From: Eledone cirrhosa
Taxonomy: Eukaryota
Length of the DNA stretch: 64,000 nt
Assembly (NCBI GenBank): GCA_964016885.1
Contig: OZ024762.1
Span: 5,518,001 to 5,582,000, forward strand
Direction of reading: 5' to 3'
Below the pieces are notes generated by a model. It was not told where the DNA came from. It ran no database searches and saw nothing but the letters and a program-made list of their open reading frames with translations. Position numbers and translations under genes: made by a program. Positions 52,012-62,200 of this stretch are shown here, in pieces. Each line of letters starts with the position of its first letter. The first letter of the stretch is position 1.

Positions 52012-55000
52012 TCAAAGATATATCCACCCACTTGCTATAAATCAAACAACAATTTCTATTTCCAATATTTAGGTACAACTTATTTGAAAATGAGGAAGAG
52101 AGTCTCCAAGAATATCTTAATGATGGTACCCTTTACAACAGCTGAGCCCTTTAGGGGGCAGTTTGAAAAGGTAAATTTACCACCATTTCTGTCTCTCTCA
52201 CCCCCCCTCTCTCTCACCCCCCCCCCCTCTCATTCTCTCATTCCTCCTCTTTCTCATTCCCTCTCATTCTCTTTCTCTCTCATTCCCCTTCTTTCTCATT
52301 CCCTCTCATTCTCTTTCTCTCTCATTCCCTCTCTGCCTCTTTCTCACTCTGCCTTCCTTTCTCTCTCTCATCACACACAACTAGAACTACTGCTGCTTTA
52401 CAAACCTCAAAAGGATGAATGGCAAAGTGGACCGTGTTAGTGGGATTTGAACTCAGAATGCCATGAGGTAGAACAAATACAGAGGCATTTTTCATCCAGT
52501 GCCATAACAACTCTGTCAACTTACCACCTTTTACTGCTGCTAATTATTTGTATTTTACATCTTATTTAGACTGAATCGAAGCAGATATTGTCAAAGATCC
52601 AGTACCATGTTCTCTCTACCATCAGTATTAGTCGGAAATCATTGAAAGAACGGATGGGTTACTCTCACCAGGCCAGTACTGATCTGTGGGACACTCTACG
52701 ACAACATCTACGTCACAATCAAATGTTCCAGTTACAGTTCCCAAGGTTCTCCACCTCTGATTTGCTGCACCAACACCAAGCAACCCTACTGGAAATCCAG
52801 GTTAAACTTTACTTTCTGAACATTTTATTTTCTTTTTTTTTTTTTTTTATTAAAAAAAATTTCTTTTTACCACCTTCACCACCGCCATCACCACTACTAT
52901 CTCCACCACCACCACCTCCACCACCACCATCATTACCACCACCATCACCACCACCACTATCTCCACCACCACCACCACCATCACCACCACCATCACCATC
53001 ACCTTCACCACCACCATCACCATCACCTTCACCACCACCACTATTTCCACCACCACCGACATCATATTTCATATTTCTATTGCAGAAATTGGATGAAGCT
53101 GATATAACTGACGGCAATGTGTTTCTTAATAAACTTACCTGTAATCAGTCTCTCAGGTAAGAATTGACGACCTTTAAAGGTGGCGTGTGTGTGTGTGTGG
53201 GGGGGGGGGGGTATAATGAAATGGAGGGATTACCTGTAGATTAAGGATAACATAAATATAGAGGTGGGGATCATCATCATCATCATCATCGTTTAACGTC
53301 ATCTTCCACGCTAGCATGGGTCTGGACGGGAATTGTCCCTTTTGAGGCAAGATTGGTTGTCTTGCTTGGGACTGTCTGGCGGGTTTTCTACGGCTGGATG
53401 CCCTTCCTAACACCAACCATGTTTACAGTGTGGAACTGGGAACTTTTTACTGTGTTACCTACAGGGCCACATTACAGCGTGGACTGTGTGTTTTTTTTTT
53501 GTCATGACACCTACACGACCTCATTTATTTAGGACTGGATGTTGTGGTACCAATATAACTTTACATCGAAAGGGGTGGTGTAGATGGTGGGACGGGGGTG
53601 TATTTTGGTTAAGAGGTGCCTACTGACTGTAGGTTTCGCTTTGTACTTAGGCAAGGCGGGTCTTCTGTATTACTACGTAGCGCCAAAAATCTCGGTCCAG
53701 TGACATTGTCTTGGAGAGGTGTAAGTGTGTGAGGTCGGAATTTATCAAGTCATCCCAGGTTTTTCTGGGTCTGCCTACTCCATAGCTATCGTCTATTTTG
53801 ATCGCCCTGCACTTTTTTATACAGCTGTCATCTTTCATGCGCATCACGTGACCATACCAACGTAGTCTTCTCTCGAGTAAACAGCATCTGATCCCTCTTA
53901 TTCCTAATTTCTCACTTAGTTCATTTATGCTTTGCCGTTCGCGTATATTACTATTACACATCCAACGGAGCATACAAGCTTCGTTCCTCTCCAGTCTGCG
54001 TAGATCCTCTGCACACAAGGCCCATGTCTCACTGCCATGTAACATCGCTGTTCATATGCAGGCATCATACAGTCTGCCCTTCATTTTTAGAGAGAAACCC
54101 TTAGCGGCCAATAGTGGTATAAGCTCTCTGAACTTTTTCCATCCCGTTCTGACTCTAGCTACAGTACTTTCGGAGCACCCTCCACCACTGCTGATTTTGT
54201 CACCCAGGTAACGGAAGGTGTCCACTATTTCTATAGAACCATCTAGGCAATGGAATGAGCTAGTATTCTGTGGGCATTTGCTGCTACTTATTGCACCAGA
54301 ACACCGGCCACATATAAAATCTATATTCTTAGTTAGCTTACCTGTGATCCCACTGCATCTTTTATGCACCGATACTTTGCATTTGGGACATAAAATGGAG
54401 TTTCTACCTACTCCTTTCCTACACACTGAGCATGGCCATTTCCCAGATGGGACCAGTGCCCTATTCTCCTTCCTACAAACTAGAACTTTAGTCTTAGACA
54501 GGTTAACTTTAAGACCTTTTGATTCTAGGCCATGCTTCCATGTTTGGAATTTCTTCTCTAGTTCAGCCATTGATTCGGCTATGAGCGTTAGATCATCTGC
54601 GTATAGAAGTTCCCATGGGCAGCCGGTTTTGAACTCCTCCATTATAGCTTGGAGGGCGATAATAAATAGGAGGGGGCTAAGGACGGAGCCCTGATGAACA
54701 CCAACTTTTACGCTAAACTCTTCACTATATTCGTTGTTAACTCTAACCTTGCTGACTGAGTCTTTATACATGGTTTCTATAGCTCTCACAAGCCATTCAT
54801 CAACACCTAGTTTTCTGATACTGTGTGATATCTATATAACATATCTAGAGTTGGTGATACAATCACTTCTAGATATGTTGTATAGATATCACACAGTGTG
54901 TGAGATATCTATATAACATATATTTATAAGTGACTGTGTGTGATATCTATATAGCATATATCTAGAGGTGGTGATACTGTGTGTGATATCCATATAACAT

Positions 55001-56252
55001 ATATCTAGAGGTGATAGTGCGTGTGATATCTATATAACATATATTTATAAGTGATTATGTGTGTGTGATATCTATATAGCATATATCTACTTGTGATAGT
55101 GTGTGATATCTATATAACATATCTTTATAACATATCTAGAGGTGACAGTGTATGAGATATCTATATAACATATATCTAGAGGTTACATATCTTTATCAAA
55201 AGATTTGCTATCTTTGTTTTTTGTTTTTCAGGGATCCAAGCTCTTCTGAATCAGAAGCAGATTCTACCAAAACTCGCCAGCCCTATTCTGTTCTTGGAGT
55301 TCTGCCAAATTTTCTTAAAACTACCAAACTTACTAAACAGTATGGTGCCCTAATGGTTTTGGTAAGTCTGATGGTATTGCTACTATCTACCATTTGTCAA
55401 TGGTATATTAATAGTTTTGATATGTCTAATGGTATGGTTACCATCTGCTAGTTATTAACGGTATTTTAATAGTTTTAGTAAGTCTGATGGTATTGCTAGG
55501 TCAGATGTAGACTAATTAGGTTGGGGCCTAGTTGGGTCAGATGTAGAATAATTAGGTTGTAACCTAGTTGTGTTACATGTAGAATAGTTTGTGACCTAGT
55601 GAGGTTAGATATAGAATAATTAGGTTGTAACCTAGTTGTGTTAGATGTAGAATAGTTTGTGACCCAAAACATTGATGGTAGAAGGGGGTTTGACTTATTT
55701 TTAGGGTCAATATTTTGATGATTTTCATCAATTTCAAATTCTACGTAAATAAGGTTTGGATTTTTGCTGATTCCTCTAACATAGAATAATGGGGTCAGTT
55801 TATATTAGTATCAGCTTATGTTTGAGTATATACAGTAGGTTGGGACCTAGCTGGGTCAGATGTAGACTAGTTAGGTTGTGACCTAGTTAGGTCAGATGTA
55901 GATTAGTTAGGTTGTGATGATGATGGTGGTGGTGATGTTAATGTTTCTTTCTTTCTATTTTCACCTCCTTAGACAAAAGAAGCTTTCACAGAATTTCTCA
56001 TCAAATTCTTGAAAACAGAACCTCAGGTGAAACTGGAAAATATTGCAAAAGAATATGTTGCTAGTCAGGTGAGTTGTTCCCCCATCACTTCCTCCTCCTC
56101 ATCAACATCTATATATGTGTAATGTGTTAATTTACTAATTAATTATCTTAATTAGTATCTATTTCTTTGTCAAACAAAACCATGGTATAAGCATGAGTCG
56201 GTATTATTTTGAAACATATTTTTTGCTTACAATGCCTACCTAAATTTATGTA

Positions 56253-56293
<41 letters not shown>

Positions 56294-59200
56294 ATATACA
56301 TACATTACGTATGCATACATATATTTTTTTTTTCCAAGGTTTTTGATATGAAATTGTGTGTCGAAAAAAATGTTATACTTGGGGAGGGTCATATTGTTGT
56401 AATAATATTGCCAGAAATAATAACAGAACACACTCACTGTTTGGTTGGTTTTCACGTCTGTATCGTTATATCTCCATAGTTAATTTATCTGGCAATCAAC
56501 GTTTATCATTGATTGACCAACGGTTAAAAATACAGATATAAATAGTGGTTAGAGCATTGGCCTTGCAATCGAAAGGTTGTGAGTTCAATTCTCAGACCGG
56601 GTGATGTGTTGTTTCCTTGAGCAAGACACTTTATTTCACATTGCTCCAGTTTACTCAGCTGTAGAAATGAGATGATAGGGACTGGGGTCCCTATCATTCC
56701 ACTGCAAAATGGTCATGGGGTGCCACGGCAAAAAAGCACCCAGTACTCACTGTAAATGAGGTTGGTGTTAGGAAGGGCATCCAGCTGTAGAAATCAAGCC
56801 AGAATCAGTTCCCGTCCCACCCTTGCAAGCAGGGAAAAGTGGGCGTATATATATATATATATATATATAAAAGTGGGCGTATATATATATATATATAGTC
56901 TATCAAAGTTCTTTCGTTGCACATCTCCAACATCATCAGTGGTGCTATTATTATGTTCCCTCCTATTGTATTGTATTGTAATGTCTACGCCATTTTTATT
57001 TTATTTATTTATCTATTTCTTGTCTCCATCTCTGCATGCGTTTGTGTGTGTGTATAATGTTTGGTGTGTGTGTTCAAGTCTGAATGTATGTGTTTTGGTT
57101 TTTTTATTCTATCTTTGTTTACTAGTGTGTCTTTATATGTGTTTGTTGTTATTTTACTTGTGTATATCATCATCATCATCATCATATTCATCGTTTAACG
57201 CCCATCTTCCACGCTAGCATGGGTTTGGACGGTAATTGACTGATCAGCCACTCTGCTAATATGCAAATCAGGCCGATCACTCACTGTGTATAAAGTCACC
57301 CAAATATAATTTATATTAATGAAGCTCTACAAAATATAGTTTTTAACCAATATAGTATTGAGCTGTTTATTGATTAATATGACTGAAATAGTTATATTTT
57401 AGTCTATACTTATATTTTATTTTCTGTAATAATCTGGAATTTGCAAGTGTATTTATTGTTTTCTGTGTATTTGAAGTTATGTCAAGGTCGCCAATTATGT
57501 CAATTTGCCTGGAGTGTTAATAAACCAACAGAAAACTGTGCTTTGTAAGTAAAATTACTTTATTTACATGTTTTAAAAAGATGTTACTGAATTGCTCTCT
57601 GTACTATATTACAGGGTGTCCAGAAATTATCTTTACAATTTGAAACATTCAGAGAAAAAAATGAAAACTACAGGATATAACATAACTGTGCAGGGTTTAT
57701 AGAAAAAGATAGGAAAATAAAGTTTTGTTAAAAACACCAGAACATTTCAATGAGGGCTCCTTTGCTTGTACACAGCACAAAGCAGATGATGTACAACTTC
57801 TGACTATATTTGTTGGAATATCCCATTATTAATGGTGAGAGTTGTAATGATAGTTTATGGACACCCTGTGTGTATGTGTGTATGTGTGTATATATATATA
57901 TATATATATTGTTATACTTGGGGAGGGTCATATTGTTGTAATATTGCCAGAAATAGTAACAGAACACACTCACTGTTTGGTTGGTTTTCGCTTCTGTATC
58001 TTTTATATCCCCATAGTTAATTTATTTGGCAATCAATGTTTATCATGGATTGTCCCGTTTGAGGCAAGTATAATGCTGTTAAGACGGCCCTGGGATGTTG
58101 GTATGTGTATATAGATGGTGAAGGCATGTGGCCCAGTGGTTAGGTTGTTTGGCTCCTGGCAATAAGGCTGTGGCCTTCATTCCCTGACCAGTCAGTGTGT
58201 TATGTCCTTCAATGAAGTGCTTTATTTCATGTTGCTCCAGTCCACTCAAATATCTCCCTCACTACACACTACCTTTTCCTCTCTCACACTTACACACCAC
58301 TTCTCCCACATTGTCCTCCTCTACCACCACCACCACTCTCTCCTTCACCACACACCTCCACCACCACCACTCTCTCCTTCACCACACACCTCCACCACCA
58401 CCACCACTCTCTCCTTCACCACACACCTCCACCACCACCACTCTCTCCTTCACCACACACCTCCACCACCACCACTCTCTCCTTCACCACACACCTCCAC
58501 CACCACCACTCTCTCCTTCACCACACACCTCCTCCACCACCACTCTCTCCTTCACCACACACCTCCACCACCACCACTCTCTCCTTCACCACACACCTCC
58601 ACCACCACCGCTCTCTCCTTCACCACACACCTCCACCACCACCACTCTCTCCTTCACCACACACCTCCACCACCACCACTCTCTCCTTCACCACACACCT
58701 CCACCACCACCACTCTCTCCTTCACCACACACCTCCACCACCACCACCCTCTCCTTCATTACACACCTCCTCCTCCACCACTCTCCCCTTCACCACACAC
58801 CTCCACCACCACCACTCTCTCCTTCATTACACACCACCACACACCTCCACCACCACCACTCTCTCCTTCATTACACACCTCCTCCACCACCACCACACTA
58901 CCCTCACACTCTCTCTATTGTCTATTTCTAGATACCAGTGTGCCACCAAGGAGGAATATGGTTTATTCCAGTTATTTGAGAGAATATCAATGGCCCTCAC
59001 AGAACAGACATTCCCAATAACAGAGGGTAAACAAATAACTTCATATTTTAATCTAAGTCTTTATTATTGTGTTATCCCTTCTCACACAGCTTATGGTCTA
59101 AATTTGAAGAGATATAATGAATTTTCTCATTATTAACCAACTGTTTGGAATATAACTTAACAAAGGATCTTCAGTCTGGCCTAGCTTTTGACAACCTCGC

Positions 59201-62200
59201 TAGAGCTGGGGCTATGATAAAATGCACCCAGTACACACTGTAAAGTGTTAGTGCTGGTGCTATGATGAAATGCACCCAGTACACCCTGTTAAGTTTTAGT
59301 GCAGGTGCTATGATAAAATGCACCCAGTACACCCTGTAAAGTGTTAGGGCAAGTGCCATGACAAATTGCACCCAGTATACCCTGTAAAGTGTTAGTGTTG
59401 GTGGCATGATAAAATGCACCAAGTCCACTCTAAAATTATGATAGAAGGTTTTTATGGTATTACTGGTACCACATTGAAAAGCAACCCAGTCCACCCTGTA
59501 AGATGGTAGTGCTGGAGGCATGATAAAATGCTCTGAATACATGCTGTAAAATGATTGGGGTTAAGGTGACCCAGCTGTAGAAACTGTGTACTGGGAGTAT
59601 AGTTTCTATGGCTTGATGCCAACCACTTCAAAGCATGTACTGCGACCATTTTATCAGGACTCTGGCACTATCTCTTTACAGGGCTGTGTTTTTGTGACAC
59701 TAGCACTACCACTTTGGAGTAGATTTGGTGCATTTTATCATGGCACCAACACTAACACTTTACAGGGTGTACTGAGTGTATTTTATCATAACTCTAGTAC
59801 TAGAGAGGTTGTCAAATGCTAGACCAGACTGAAGAGTTCTACTACACCATATATTGTCTCTGGTCTCGTGTTTATTTTTAGTGTCACAGAGTTTGTACTG
59901 GTAAACATTTGTTTTGTATTTTGACATATTGCCAGTCATCTCCTTTGGGAATCTAAGTTTCTTGTTAATTTATGTAAAAGTACATTAATATGTTAATTTC
60001 TGCAAAAATAGATTTAACATATTTGACAGCATATTTTTTGTAACAGAACACTGTAGCATTATGGTAATTTGTACAATATTAATTTATGCAACAGTACATT
60101 AATTTATGCAATATTATGTTAATTTATGCTGTAGTACATTAATTTATGCAACAGTACATTAATTTATGCAATATTATGTTAATTTATGCAGTAGTACATT
60201 GATTTATATATGTTAATTTATGCAGCTGTACATTAATTTATGCAATATTATGTTAATTTATGCAGCATTATATTAATTTCAATATTAATTTTTCTCCACC
60301 AGGTTTCTGTACATATTTTACAACGCTTGCTTTTCGTTGTCTCAATCTAAGGTAAAGACTTTAATCATCATCACTGTTTAACATCTATTTTCTATGTTTG
60401 CATGGGTTAGATAGGTTGTCACGGTTGGGGGCTAGACAGGTGACCATGTCTAGCTCATATTTTTGGTTTAGTCTTTATGGCTGGAAGCTTTTCCAAATAC
60501 CAACCATTTTACAGAGTGTACTGGGAGCGTAATTTCTATGGCTGGATACCCTTCCTAACACCAGTCACTTTACAGAGTGTACTGGGAGCGTAATTTCTAT
60601 GACCGGATGCCCTTCCTAACACCAGCCACTTTACAGAGTGTACTGGGAGCGTAATTTCTATGGCCGGATGCCCTTCCTAACACTAACCACTTTACAGAGT
60701 GTACTGGGAGCGTAGTTTCTATGGCTGGATACCCTTCCTAACACCAGTCACTTTACAGAGTGTACTGGGAGCGTAATTTCTATGGCCGGATGCCCTTCCT
60801 AACACTAACCACTTTACAGAGTGTACTGGGAGCATAGTTTCTATGGCTGGATGTCCTTCCTAACACTAACCACTTTACAGAGTGTACTGGGAGCGTAGTT
60901 TCTATGGCTGGATGTCCTTCCTAACACCAGCCACTTTACAGAGTGTACTGGGAGCGTAGTTTCTATGGCCGGATGCCCTTCCTAACACCAGCCACTTTAC
61001 AGAGTGTACTGGGAGCAATGATGATGATTTTTGTGTCAATGTCATTATAATTATCAACACCATCCCTACCACCATCACCATCACCATGACCACCACCATC
61101 AACACAATCACACCATCCCTATCACTACTACCATCAACACATCACCACCACCATCACCACCACCATCAACACAATCACACCATCCCCATCACTACCACCA
61201 TCAACACATCACCACCACCATCCCCACCATCCCCATACAGAAGACCTTCATAGTTTTATAATATTTCTCTCTCTTTACAGCCAGTTCTTACATTATGTTG
61301 ACAGTGGTGCTGTGTTATTGACTAACAACTTTGTCAAACAGATTATAAATGGTAAGTGACGGCTTATTTCAACCACCATCTCCACCACCACCATCACCAT
61401 CGCTACCACCATCACCACCACCACTATCGCCACCACCGCCACCATCATCGCTACCACCACCATCACCATCTCCACCACCACATCACACCACCATCACCAT
61501 CACTGCCACCACCACCACCACACTATACTACCATTACCACACCATCTCCATTACCACAGTTAATCAATTACATGTAATTGATTAACTAATTACAGTATAA
61601 GAACCTCCCCCCCTCTTCCCAAGCAAATGTTTCAGCCCATAATTTTTTCTACTCTAAGGGAGTAGAGCTGCATCCAGATCACGACTCCTGGGTATCCTTG
61701 TATCCAGGTCATGACTACTGGGTACCCTTGCATCCAGGTCATGACCCCTGGGTGTCCTTGTATCTAAGTCACGACTTCTGGGTGTCCTTGTATCTAGGTC
61801 ATGACTTCTGGGTGTCCTTGCATCCAGGTCATGACTCCCGGGTGACCTTGTATCTAGGTCATGACTCCTGGGTGCCCTTGTATCCAGGTCATGACTGCTG
61901 GGTGCCCTTGTATCCAGCTCATGACTTTTGGGTGCCCTTCTGCTGACATTTCGATAATTGTTGTATATTTAAACCATATGGAGATTTTGTTGACAAGATC
62001 TAGCTGGAACTCCTCTCTGTTACCACTGTCTTCAAACTTATTTTTAAAGACTTTCTTGAGTTTAGAAAAATACCATTGGAAGCAGTGACCAATTATATGT
62101 AGTTAATTAACCAATTATAGATAGTTAATTCATTCTATTTAACAGATCTGAAAGATGATGATATGTACAGTAGTCTAAAATACCAGATCATTACCAGACT

